This document shows, piece after piece, positions 44,955 through 53,319 of a DNA stretch of 64,000 nucleotides; within the stretch, counting starts at the first letter, position 1; each line of letters begins with the position of its first letter. The DNA comes from Clostridia bacterium (GTDB lineage Bacteria > Bacillota > Clostridia > Peptostreptococcales > Anaerovoracaceae), in NCBI GenBank assembly GCA_024402995.1, contig JAKSSR010000001.1, forward strand, positions 19,225-83,224, written 5' to 3'. The notes below the pieces were generated by a model. That model was not told the DNA's origin, ran no database searches, and worked only from the letters and a program-made list of their open reading frames with translations. The translations under genes were made by a program, and so were the position numbers.

Positions 44955-46328
44955 ATGAGTATCGAAGGCTTGATAAAAAGAAAGAGAGGCGTATTCGTCT
45001 CTCCCGTCAGATGCATAAAAAAGCTTTATCCTATTAAGGATGCGCCTGCTTTTGCTCTTGTTTTATCCGCAGGGAAAAAAGAAGACCATGAAAAAAGAAT
45101 GGAAGCTCTTAAGCTTCTTTCCGATTACAACGCCGTATGCAGTTTTGCTGTTACCGGTGAAAGTGCTTCCGACGAAGAATTTGTTCAGAAAGCTATCGCC
45201 GAGGGCTTTGAACTGATAAACGGCGGTTATTCCGGCAGACCTTTTTCTGACAGGAAAAACGTTTCAAGGGACATTCTTCCCCTTCATTCATGGAGCAATA
45301 TCTACGCTGATACCCAGAAACTGCATGACACTGTAAATGACAGATATGGATATAAGATAACAGCCGGCATGCCGCCCTTTGGTGTCGAGTACATTGAAGG
45401 TGCACTCAGCGCCTACGATTTGTATGATTACTTCGGATATCAGCTGATCAAGGGTTCTCTGGCCATTGCTCCTGGAGAAGAGAAGCTTTTGGGAGATGAG
45501 ATAGCTCAGAATAAGGATGCTCTCAACGGTCAGGTGGTCGTTGCAGGCCTTGAAAGCGCACCGGCACTTGTTGCTCAGTTTGCCAAGCTTGGCAATGCCG
45601 GTTACGGTGTATGCAGCGTAAAAGACCTTATGGAAGTGTCACCGTTTTCTGATATAGGCCCTGATGATCCTGTGTTTGAACCTGCAAAGAGACTTCTTGA
45701 CAATGGTCACCCCGTAGTAAACAGAAACAACAAAGTCAATCCCAGACCCTATGAAATTATCGGTGATACCTTAATGACTTTCTCCTCCAGGGAAACACGT
45801 GCTCAGAAGGTAGACCGTATTCTGGACGGAAAGACCATGCTGGGAAAATATTCTGTTTTCAACCCGTACTGTGCTGTCATTGCCTGGGCCCGGCTTAAAA
45901 TGGGAAGAGTCAAGTTTGATTTCCCCACAACCAGCGCACTTTTTACCAGATGCCTTTTACTCAATGAGGTACGTGCTGATATCGGCCGCAGACGTTATCA
46001 GTATCGCAGAGCGGAAGTAATAAAAATGTACGCTGATATTCTCTGCGCTACAGAAGAGCAGGATCCTTACGGAGTATTTGAATATCATATGAGCGATATC
46101 GAATATGAGCTTCGTAAAGAAATCGGTGATGAAGCCTTTGAAGAAATCAAGAAAGAAGTTGATGAGAAAAAGGCTGCCGAGGCTGCAAAAACTGGTGAAA
46201 AGAAGTCGGAAGATGGTACTATCCTTGATAGATTCAACCGTAAGCAGAAGGACTCCGATAAGCTTGAAACAATTGAGGATTCTGAGCATAAGGATGTTGA
46301 TGTCAATAAGGATCAAATCATCCTCTAA
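44955..46328 (+). CDS. Hypothetical protein with K/E/D-rich C-terminal tail
   Basis: 457-aa ORF with a GAGAGG SD and no TM segment. The last ~90 aa are highly charged (EIKKEVDEKKAAEAAKTGEKKSEDG...). No family motif that I can defend. Confidence 0.55.
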   Translation: MSIEGLIKRKRGVFVSPVRCIKKLYPIKDAPAFALVLSAGKKEDHEKRMEALKLLSDYNAVCSFAVTGESASDEEFVQKAIAEGFELINGGYSGRPFSDRKNVSRDILPLHSWSNIYADTQKLHDTVNDRYGYKITAGMPPFGVEYIEGALSAYDLYDYFGYQLIKGSLAIAPGEEKLLGDEIAQNKDALNGQVVVAGLESAPALVAQFAKLGNAGYGVCSVKDLMEVSPFSDIGPDDPVFEPAKRLLDNGHPVVNRNNKVNPRPYEIIGDTLMTFSSRETRAQKVDRILDGKTMLGKYSVFNPYCAVIAWARLKMGRVKFDFPTTSALFTRCLLLNEVRADIGRRRYQYRRAEVIKMYADILCATEEQDPYGVFEYHMSDIEYELRKEIGDEAFEEIKKEVDEKKAAEAAKTGEKKSEDGTILDRFNRKQKDSDKLETIEDSEHKDVDVNKDQIIL

Positions 46329-46336
46329 GTTGTTTT

Positions 46337-46696
46337 ATGAAGAAGGAAAACAGCAAAAACTACATAATACTGAATCTGCTGTTTGTACTGGTTTCTCTGT
46401 CTTCAGTATGCAGTAAATTCGCTTCACGCTATGAATTTCTCAGTCCTCGTTACTGTATTTTCCAGGCTGGAATGGTGTTTTTCCTTGGGATCTACGCCAT
46501 AGGATGGCAGCAGATCGTCAAGAAAATGCCTCTTACTGCTGCTTACGTCAACAAGGCCGTTACAGTGGCCTGGGGACTGATATGGGGTACTGTTTTATTT
46601 AAGGAACAGCTGACTCCCGGCCGTATCATCGGCGCTCTTGTAGTAATTGCGGGAGTAGTGCTTTTTGCTGTATCAGACGAGGAGGCGGACCAATGA
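46337..46696 (+). CDS. Half-size EamA/DMT-type 4-TM transporter subunit
   Basis: 119 aa with 4 hydrophobic helices. The C-terminal IGALVVIAGVVLF is typical of EamA domains. Confidence 0.6.
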   Translation: MKKENSKNYIILNLLFVLVSLSSVCSKFASRYEFLSPRYCIFQAGMVFFLGIYAIGWQQIVKKMPLTAAYVNKAVTVAWGLIWGTVLFKEQLTPGRIIGALVVIAGVVLFAVSDEEADQ

Positions 46697-47037
46697 GTTT
46701 GCCTCTTTACTGCCTGATGATGGTCGCGGGTGTTTTTATTAACTCTCTGTCTCAGTTGATGCTGAAGAAATCAGCTATGAAGACCTACCCGAATAAACTG
46801 AGGGAATATCTTAACGTTCTGGTGGTAGGGGCCTACTTTATAAGCACGGCCATTACGCTGCTGTACAGTTATACCTACAAGTTTATTCCGCTCTCACTTG
46901 GCCCCGTACTTGAGGCCTCCGGTTATATATTCGTAGCCTTATGGGGAGTGACTGTTTTCGGTGAAAAACTCAGCAAGAAGAAGATTTTCGCAATGTGCCT
47001 GATAATTGCCGGAATCGTTATTTCTTCGTTTTTTTAA
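46693..47037 (+). CDS. Half-size EamA/DMT-type 4-TM transporter subunit (partner)
   Basis: 114 aa with ATGA overlap with the preceding gene and a GGAGG SD. KKIFAMCLIIAGIVI ending. Confidence 0.6.
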   Translation: MSLPLYCLMMVAGVFINSLSQLMLKKSAMKTYPNKLREYLNVLVVGAYFISTAITLLYSYTYKFIPLSLGPVLEASGYIFVALWGVTVFGEKLSKKKIFAMCLIIAGIVISSFF

Positions 47038-47053
47038 ATCAGTTGCATTAAAA

Positions 47054-47081
47054 GAGAGGTCACCGGACCTCCCTTTTTTTT
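47054..47081 (+). terminator. Intrinsic terminator after the EamA-like pair
   Basis: GAGGTC-ACCG-GACCTC followed by CCTTTTTTTT. Confidence 0.55.
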
Positions 47082-47124
47082 GTCCGGAAAAGGCGTACTC
47101 ATAATTGTTGATGTAAAAATATGG

Positions 47125-47153
47125 TTGACGAGTTAAAAACAAAATGGTAATAT
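47125..47153 (+). promoter_or_regulatory. Candidate sigma-A promoter of the Tad-like module
   Basis: TTGACG (47125-47130), 17-nt spacer, TGg-TAATAT (-10 at 47148-47153). Confidence 0.55.
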
Positions 47154-47187
47154 ATGGCAAATATATGCAAAAGGCATGGTACGCTAA

Positions 47188-48036
47188 ATGAAAATCAACA
47201 TCAAAACAGCAGATAGAGCCTATGGACAGGCCCTAGCTTTGACCTTGGCGCGCTGCCTTAAGTCTGACGTTTTTATTGATGTGGGCCCGGGGCAGGAGAT
47301 CGATATAAATCTTTGTGATAAGGAGTTTGAGGACTGTTTTTCCGATAAGGTGATAGTGATAAGTAAGTTTGAACCTGTTTCAGGCCTTATTGAAAGATTA
47401 AGAGTTGAAACGCTTAAAGATGAAGGTGTTTCTCCGGCTAACGTTATGACCGTTGCTGTTACGGGGAGGGGAGGAAGCGGAGTCAGTACTGTGGCGGAGA
47501 TAGGGGCTGCTATTGCGTCAGAACTTATGGGGAAAACAGTACTTTCGGTAAGCTTTAACGGAGTTGGCGGGCCTTCTGAGCTCTTGGTCTATAAGCTTTT
47601 GACATCGCCTGCCTTTGACTTGAGTTCGCTGAAGAAAGACAGTCACGGGGTCCTAAAAATGGAGCTTGCTGATGACAATTCGCTTATTTGCAGTGAAAAG
47701 AAAGGCGAGGTTTTAAAATTAAATCCTTTGGGACGATTGTCCAAAGGAGAAGCGACAGATGTTTTGTCTGCTCTGGGGCACCTTCAGGGCCTGGATCTTA
47801 TTGTTATTGATGTTCCACTGGCGTCTCCTCACTGGTCACTGGCAATGAAGCTCGCAGAGCTTATCGTGACTGTTTGCGATAAAGCTGATGAAGAACTGGA
47901 TAGTCTTATTCAAAGAGAAACGGCGGGTTTCAGCAGGATCCTGCATTTTGTGAACAGGCCGGAGGATGGAATTCCGGATATGCTCAGCGAAACAGGTGCA
48001 GCAATATGGCGTTTTATCAAGGAGGAACTATGTTAG
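47188..48036 (+). CDS. CpaE/TadZ-like (MinD/ParA-fold) protein with degenerate Walker A
   Basis: 282 aa with an N-terminal receiver-like segment. VAVTGRGGSGVSTVAEIG sits where CpaE/MinD have KGGVGKTT. DLIVIDVP is Walker-B-like. Located directly upstream of cpaF. Confidence 0.6.
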   Translation: MKINIKTADRAYGQALALTLARCLKSDVFIDVGPGQEIDINLCDKEFEDCFSDKVIVISKFEPVSGLIERLRVETLKDEGVSPANVMTVAVTGRGGSGVSTVAEIGAAIASELMGKTVLSVSFNGVGGPSELLVYKLLTSPAFDLSSLKKDSHGVLKMELADDNSLICSEKKGEVLKLNPLGRLSKGEATDVLSALGHLQGLDLIVIDVPLASPHWSLAMKLAELIVTVCDKADEELDSLIQRETAGFSRILHFVNRPEDGIPDMLSETGAAIWRFIKEELC

Positions 48037-49238
48037 AGATCCGAAACGACAGGGGAATCATTAAGTGCGGAAAGTATGCCGACCAAGTTAGAAAAAGAAT
48101 GGATTCAGGGATCCAGAGCTATTCAGATGATGATGTCATGAAGCTTTGCGAGAGCGTGATCCTTGATGCAGAAGAACTGGAAAGCCTTGGTATAGGGGAA
48201 AAGGCCAGGCTTGTAAGGCTCACTTTCAATTCACTTCGCTGTGAGCTTGAAATACTGCAGGATCTTGCTGATGACGAAGAGGTCAGTGAGATAATGGTCA
48301 ATGGGCCGGACAATATATTTGCCGAACGCAGCGGGCGCATAGAAAGGGAAGCTCTGGCCTTTGACGACGCCGTTCAGCTGGAGAGGGTAATACAGCGTCT
48401 GACCGCGAGAGTGGGGCGTGAAATGAATGAATTGAGCCCAATTGTGGACGCCCGTCTTTCTGACGGATCCAGGATCAACGCTGTCAATTCCAATATTGCC
48501 ATTGACGGACCTGTACTGACCATAAGGCGCTTCGGAACGGGACGGCTTACGGCGGAAGACCTGATAGAGTCCGGTGGAATGACTCGAGAAACTGCTGATT
48601 TTATCCGGACCCTGGTCCGATGCCGCTATAACATTTTTATTTCCGGAGGAACCAGCTCGGGTAAGACTACCTTTCTGAATATACTTTCCGATTACATTCC
48701 TCCGGAGGAAAGAATTATCGTTATTGAAGATTCCGCGGAGCTCGCCATACGCGGCCACGAAAACCTGGTACGCATGGAAGCGAAAAATGCTAATGCCCAG
48801 GGGAAGGGAGAGGTCAGTATAAGGGAGCTGATACGCAGCAGCCTCCGTATGCGTCCTGACCGCATAATCGTAGGAGAGGTCAGAGGAGAAGAGGTCATTG
48901 ATATGCTTGCTGCCATGAGTACAGGCCATGACGGTTCCCTGTCTACGGGACATGCCAATTCTCCTTTGGGAATGCTGGGGAGACTGGAAAGTCTTTTCCT
49001 TGCAAATTCGGGCTTTCCAATAGATGCTGTCAGAAGCCAAATCGCCGGAGCTATTGAAATTTTCATTCATTTGGCAAGGGATAAAAAAGGCAGGAGGAGG
49101 ATCATGGAGATTTCTGAACTGTGCGGACTTTGCAATGGAGAGTACCGGCTTAATCCTCTTTTCCGCTACCGGCATGACGATGGTCTCGTAAAATGCGGAG
49201 AACTTAAGAACAGGGGAAAAATGGAGCTTTATGACTGA
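48030..49238 (+). CDS. cpaF: CpaF/TadA-family secretion ATPase
   Basis: Start placed at ATG 48030 (AGGAGG 5 nt upstream). Walker A GGTSSGKTT, IVIEDSAEL, VGEVRGEE and GHDGSLSTGHANS. Confidence 0.85.
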   Translation: MLEIRNDRGIIKCGKYADQVRKRMDSGIQSYSDDDVMKLCESVILDAEELESLGIGEKARLVRLTFNSLRCELEILQDLADDEEVSEIMVNGPDNIFAERSGRIEREALAFDDAVQLERVIQRLTARVGREMNELSPIVDARLSDGSRINAVNSNIAIDGPVLTIRRFGTGRLTAEDLIESGGMTRETADFIRTLVRCRYNIFISGGTSSGKTTFLNILSDYIPPEERIIVIEDSAELAIRGHENLVRMEAKNANAQGKGEVSIRELIRSSLRMRPDRIIVGEVRGEEVIDMLAAMSTGHDGSLSTGHANSPLGMLGRLESLFLANSGFPIDAVRSQIAGAIEIFIHLARDKKGRRRIMEISELCGLCNGEYRLNPLFRYRHDDGLVKCGELKNRGKMELYD

Positions 49239-49974
49239 TTATCATTTCTACAAGCTGAAAAGAGATGAACTTATAAGATACTACCTGGCTGCCTGCATTT
49301 TGCTTGCCCTTCTGGGTTTACTATTTTACCGAAACCTTGTTATGGCGGCCTTTTGCTCTTTGGCTGCAATTCCATTGAAGAGGTTTTACGCAGATCATTT
49401 GAGAAAAAAGAGACTGGAAAAACTGCAGGAAGGCTTTAAGGATGCCCTTTACTCAATCTCCGGCTCTGTCGCTGCCGGTCGTCAGCTGCCCATCGCCATA
49501 CGGGAAGCCGCAGGGAGCGTTTCCTCCGCCTACGGAGAAGACGCTGACATAACGGCAGAGTTGAAACACATTGCTGAAGTATATACGGAGAGTCACGGTG
49601 ATGCATACGGACTTCTTTCGGATTTCGGATACAGAAGCGGCCTTGAGGAAATATCTCAATTTGCTCAAAGCTGCAGTATTTGCAGGCGCTGCGGGGGAGA
49701 TATGGAGGCTGTTGCTTTGAAAAGCGCGTCTCTGCTTCTTGACCGCATGGAACTCAACAGGGAAATCAAAGGCCTTATAAGTCAGAAGAAAACCGATATC
49801 GCTTTGCTTACGTTAATGCCGGTGGCGGTCCTCGGCTTTCTTAATTTGGTTTCATTCTCCTATTTGGAGCCTTTATACACCGGAGCTCAGGGGCGGATCA
49901 TAATGAGTTGCTGCCTTGCTGTCATCGGCTTTGCTTTGCTGTGGTGCATAAGGATTACGGAAATCAGTTTATGA
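49231..49974 (+). CDS. tadB: TadB-like platform protein (T2SSF domain)
   Basis: 247 aa. N-terminal TM, cytoplasmic helical domain (FKDALYSISGSVAAGRQLPIAIREAA) and C-terminal TM pair. Overlaps cpaF by 8 nt. Confidence 0.7.
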   Translation: MTDYHFYKLKRDELIRYYLAACILLALLGLLFYRNLVMAAFCSLAAIPLKRFYADHLRKKRLEKLQEGFKDALYSISGSVAAGRQLPIAIREAAGSVSSAYGEDADITAELKHIAEVYTESHGDAYGLLSDFGYRSGLEEISQFAQSCSICRRCGGDMEAVALKSASLLLDRMELNREIKGLISQKKTDIALLTLMPVAVLGFLNLVSFSYLEPLYTGAQGRIIMSCCLAVIGFALLWCIRITEISL

Positions 49975-51254
49975 AGAAATATAATGAACATACGGATCAG
50001 GAGGCAGCGCGAAAACTGGGAAAATACGCCTGGCTGTCATTTTGCGGTGAAGATACAGAAGCCACAATGAGAAGGGCTGATGAGAGGTTTAAAACTCTGG
50101 CATATATCATTGCTGCCGCGACCTTGCTGCTTCTTGTATTGGGCTACTGTACTTCGGGATCCGGCAAAACACCTGCAGAGCGGCTCATAAGAAATGAATA
50201 TGGCGGAGATGCAAGGGATATTTCCGTAAACGTTTCCGCGAGCTACGGAGACGTCACCCTGGAAAAAGAACTTGAACTCAGGGTTAATTCCAGGGCATTA
50301 ACGGAAGAAGAGGCACAATTGCTTCTTGATTCCTGTGAAGAATACATCAGAACAGAGGTCATAGTTACCGATCATGTATCATCTGACCTTAGTCTTCCTG
50401 AAAGGTCTCCCGACGGTCTTGTAGAGATAAGCTGGCACAGCGGGGATCCTTCTCGGCTGGGAGATGATGGAACTGTTGATCTTCTTGAGATCCCAAGGCT
50501 TTGTGCGGTTGAACTCCGGGCGGAAATGAGGATAGAACACTTTGTAAGAGAGTTGAGTTTCGTGATCGAAATTTCAGAAGGGGACCCCCGTGAGTCCATG
50601 AACAGGAGCCTGGATCTTCTTGCGGAAGAACTCTCTTCGGAGGATGGAGGGATAAGCATGGAGCTTCCCGATGAACGGGATGGCATTGACATTCAATGGA
50701 GCTTTCCCGGTAAGGAAGTTCCGTGGGAACTGCTTCCTCTTGCCGCATTTGTTCTTCTTGCTGTTTATTTCGGACGTTATGATCCCGAAGAAAAGCGCAT
50801 GAGAAAAAAAGCATCGGAATTTGAACGCGAAATTCCGTCAATGACTCTTCAGCTGATACTCCTTCTCAATGCCGGACTGGTTGTAAGCGCTGCCTTTGAC
50901 GAAATAATCGACAAGAATTCCGGAAGCGGTAGTCCTCTTTATGCTGCTTTGGAAAATGTCCGTGATAAAGCGGAGGGGGAGAATCTGTCATTTATCAGTG
51001 AACTATATGTCTTTGCCAATACAACGGGATGCCGTGATTTTATAAGGCTTTCGTCGTTGATACTGGATCATTCCAACCGTGGAAGTGAATTGGCTGGCAA
51101 ATTGGAAAAGGAAAGGGCGCAGCTCTGGTCCTCACGTCTTTCTGCGGCAAAAGCCAGGACAAAAGAGGCTGAAACCAAACTGTGTTTCCCTCTTATGCTT
51201 CTTCTTTGTGTGCTTGTGGTAATATCTGCGGCCCCGGCTCTCATGACTATGTAA
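49971..51254 (+). CDS. tadC: TadC-like platform protein (T2SSF domain) with ~190-aa extracytoplasmic insert
   Basis: Start at ATG 49971 (ATGA overlap). TM at ~aa 45-65, a soluble acidic segment, a TM at ~263-280, then a T2SSF-like domain (EIPSMTLQLILLLNAGLVVSAAFDEI) and a terminal TM. Confidence 0.65.
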   Translation: MKKYNEHTDQEAARKLGKYAWLSFCGEDTEATMRRADERFKTLAYIIAAATLLLLVLGYCTSGSGKTPAERLIRNEYGGDARDISVNVSASYGDVTLEKELELRVNSRALTEEEAQLLLDSCEEYIRTEVIVTDHVSSDLSLPERSPDGLVEISWHSGDPSRLGDDGTVDLLEIPRLCAVELRAEMRIEHFVRELSFVIEISEGDPRESMNRSLDLLAEELSSEDGGISMELPDERDGIDIQWSFPGKEVPWELLPLAAFVLLAVYFGRYDPEEKRMRKKASEFEREIPSMTLQLILLLNAGLVVSAAFDEIIDKNSGSGSPLYAALENVRDKAEGENLSFISELYVFANTTGCRDFIRLSSLILDHSNRGSELAGKLEKERAQLWSSRLSAAKARTKEAETKLCFPLMLLLCVLVVISAAPALMTM

Positions 51255-51259
51255 AGTAA

Positions 51260-51295
51260 AACCCCTGTCATCAGATTTTTCTGACAACAGGGGTT
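51260..51295. terminator. Bidirectional terminator between tadC-like gene and pspA
   Basis: AACCCCTGT..TCAG-ATTTTT-CTGA..ACAGGGGTT (9+4 bp with a 2x2 internal loop). The minus strand is followed by TTTTACTTT. Confidence 0.55.
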
Positions 51296-51333
51296 GTTCC
51301 TTTGATTTAAAGGCGCCCGGCAGGGCGTAATTA

Positions 51334-52014
51334 TTACAGACCGAGTTCAGCCTTCAGTGCGGCCAGTTCGTCGGAAACGGACTCGCTGACGTCGGTGGTG
51401 TACTTTGCTTCAAGCTGTTCGGCGGTAACTGCTGCGGGTACAGCGTCCAGCTGAGCCATAGCGTCTGCCTTATCCAGCATGGCGTCTGCCTTTGCTTCCA
51501 TCTTTGCGAATGCGCCGAGGGCTTCTTCGACCTTGTCGCCGGAAGTGGAATACTTGTTGACCTTTTCCTGAGTGTTGGCAAGAGCCATCTTTGCCTCAAT
51601 TGCAGCCTTTCTCTTTTCAAGTTCTGCAACGTCTGCGGAGAGCTTGTCATAGAGCTGACGCATCTTGATCGCGTTGTCGTGTGCTGCTGCGTATTCTACC
51701 TGAAGAGCTGCGCCTGCGGTTTCCAGATTCTGCTTCTTGGTGATGAATACGGAAGCGTCGGTTTCGGAGCCGGCGAGAAGGGCTTTCTTGGCCAGTTCAG
51801 CGTACTTTGCCACTTCCATGGTGTTGGCGTCAAGTCTGCGCTTTGCGGCAGCTTCCTTGGCCATAACTTCTGCGGTTTCCTTCTTGACTTCTGCAAGATC
51901 GGTCTTAGCGTCCAGCAGGTACTGGTTGACCATCTTGACGGGGTCTTCGGCCTTTTCGAGGAGTGCGTTGATGTTTGCGGAAATTATGTCGGTGAATCTT
52001 GATAAAATGCCCAT
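51334..52014 (-). CDS. pspA: PspA/IM30 family membrane-stress protein
   Basis: Start at ATG 52014 (AGGAGG SD). MGILSRFTDIISANINALLEKAEDPVKMVNQYL is the canonical PspA/IM30 N-terminus, followed by coiled-coil. Confidence 0.85.
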   Translation of the reverse strand: MGILSRFTDIISANINALLEKAEDPVKMVNQYLLDAKTDLAEVKKETAEVMAKEAAAKRRLDANTMEVAKYAELAKKALLAGSETDASVFITKKQNLETAGAALQVEYAAAHDNAIKMRQLYDKLSADVAELEKRKAAIEAKMALANTQEKVNKYSTSGDKVEEALGAFAKMEAKADAMLDKADAMAQLDAVPAAVTAEQLEAKYTTDVSESVSDELAALKAELGL

Positions 52015-52133
52015 AGGTATGTTTCCTCCTTGTAAAATCATGGTGTTAAGGTCATCAAACCTTTGAGTTAAAAATATCACAAAAATACCACGGTGTAAAG
52101 TGTACAAATTATGAAGAAAAATCCCCGGGATAG

Positions 52134-52142
52134 TGGTATAAT
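52134..52142 (+). promoter_or_regulatory. Candidate extended -10 promoter (TGgTATAAT) for yerB-pcrA-ligA
   Basis: TGG-TATAAT lies about 45 nt upstream of the ATG. The -35 is weak. Confidence 0.45.
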
Positions 52143-52185
52143 ATACTGTATTTTTGTGTAGTCATATAATGGAATGGAATTGAAA

Positions 52186-53319
52186 ATGAAGAATGTAAGA
52201 AAAATCATAGTGTTAGTTCTCGCTTTTGCTCTTGCCCTGTCATCCTTTACCGGCTGCGGCAAGGAAAACGAGGAGCCTGTTGTTACTGAACCGGTAATTG
52301 AAGAGCCGGAGGAACCTGTCGCTGAACCGGAGCCTGCAGTGGAACCTGTGGCTGAGCCGGAACCCGTTGTTGAACCGGAACCCGAACCTGTCTATGAGGG
52401 ACCCTATAATCCCTATACAGGGCTTCCCTGCGAAGAAGATATCAGCGGAGTTCGTCCTTATGCAGTCATGATCAACAACATTAAGGTTGCGACCCCCCAG
52501 TGGGGCATTACCGCCGCTGACATTATGTACGAGGTACTGGTCGAAGGCGGTCTTACACGTCTTATGGCAATTTACAGCAACCTGACCTCTGTTGACTGCA
52601 TCGGAAGCATCAGAAGTTCCAGACCTTACTATCTTGATATTCTCCAGGGCTATGACGCCATTTACATTCATGCAGGCGGATCTGAAGACGCCTACTCACA
52701 GATCTCCAAGCGAGGCATAAACAATATCGACGGCGTTCGCGGAAGCGGAGTCACCTTCCACAGAGATGCCTGGAGAAAGGCCAACATGGGTACTGAACAC
52801 TCCCTCATGCTTGATACTCTTAAGGTCCCCGATTTCGTTGAAAAGGCCAAGTGGCGCACTGATATCGGCGACAGCTACCGCAATATTCTCAGCTTCACTG
52901 ACGAAGCAAAGCCTGAAGGTGACAGCGCTGTAAAGATCCACGTAATGTATTCTAAGTCCAAGACTACTGATTTCGAGTACAACGAAGAAGACAAGCTTTA
53001 TTACGTCTTCCAGTATGGCAGCAAAATGTGGGACGAGACTCAGGAAAAGCAGATGAACTGCAAGAACGTTCTCGTTCTTTACACTGAAATGAGCAAGATC
53101 GCCGGAGACGACAAGGGCCGTATGAAGGGTACTTTCTACGGCGAAGGAAACGGCATGTTTTTCTGTGAAGGCAGCTGCGTTCCCATTAAGTGGAGCAAGG
53201 CTTCCGCAACGGATCCCTACAAATACACCCTTGAAGACGGCTCCCAGCTTGAACTTGGACGCGGAGTCACCTATATCCCCATCGTCGCTCCTTCCTACGG
53301 AGAAGTCTCTTACGAATAA
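52186..53319 (+). CDS. yerB: DUF3048-family lipoprotein (YerB-like)
   Basis: Lipobox LSSFTGCGK, then an E/P-rich linker and globular domain. ATG 52174 is an alternative start. The position upstream of pcrA-ligA mirrors B. subtilis yerB. Confidence 0.7.
   Translation: MKNVRKIIVLVLAFALALSSFTGCGKENEEPVVTEPVIEEPEEPVAEPEPAVEPVAEPEPVVEPEPEPVYEGPYNPYTGLPCEEDISGVRPYAVMINNIKVATPQWGITAADIMYEVLVEGGLTRLMAIYSNLTSVDCIGSIRSSRPYYLDILQGYDAIYIHAGGSEDAYSQISKRGINNIDGVRGSGVTFHRDAWRKANMGTEHSLMLDTLKVPDFVEKAKWRTDIGDSYRNILSFTDEAKPEGDSAVKIHVMYSKSKTTDFEYNEEDKLYYVFQYGSKMWDETQEKQMNCKNVLVLYTEMSKIAGDDKGRMKGTFYGEGNGMFFCEGSCVPIKWSKASATDPYKYTLEDGSQLELGRGVTYIPIVAPSYGEVSYE

Noticed and set aside
52264-52395. Tandem-looking GAACC(N)/GAGCC(N) DNA repeats.
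   Set aside because: They encode the E/P-rich linker (EPVVTEPVIEEPEEPVAEPEPAVEPVAEPEPVVEPEPEPV) directly after the lipobox of the YerB-like lipoprotein. This is ordinary low-complexity coding sequence, not a non-coding repeat array.
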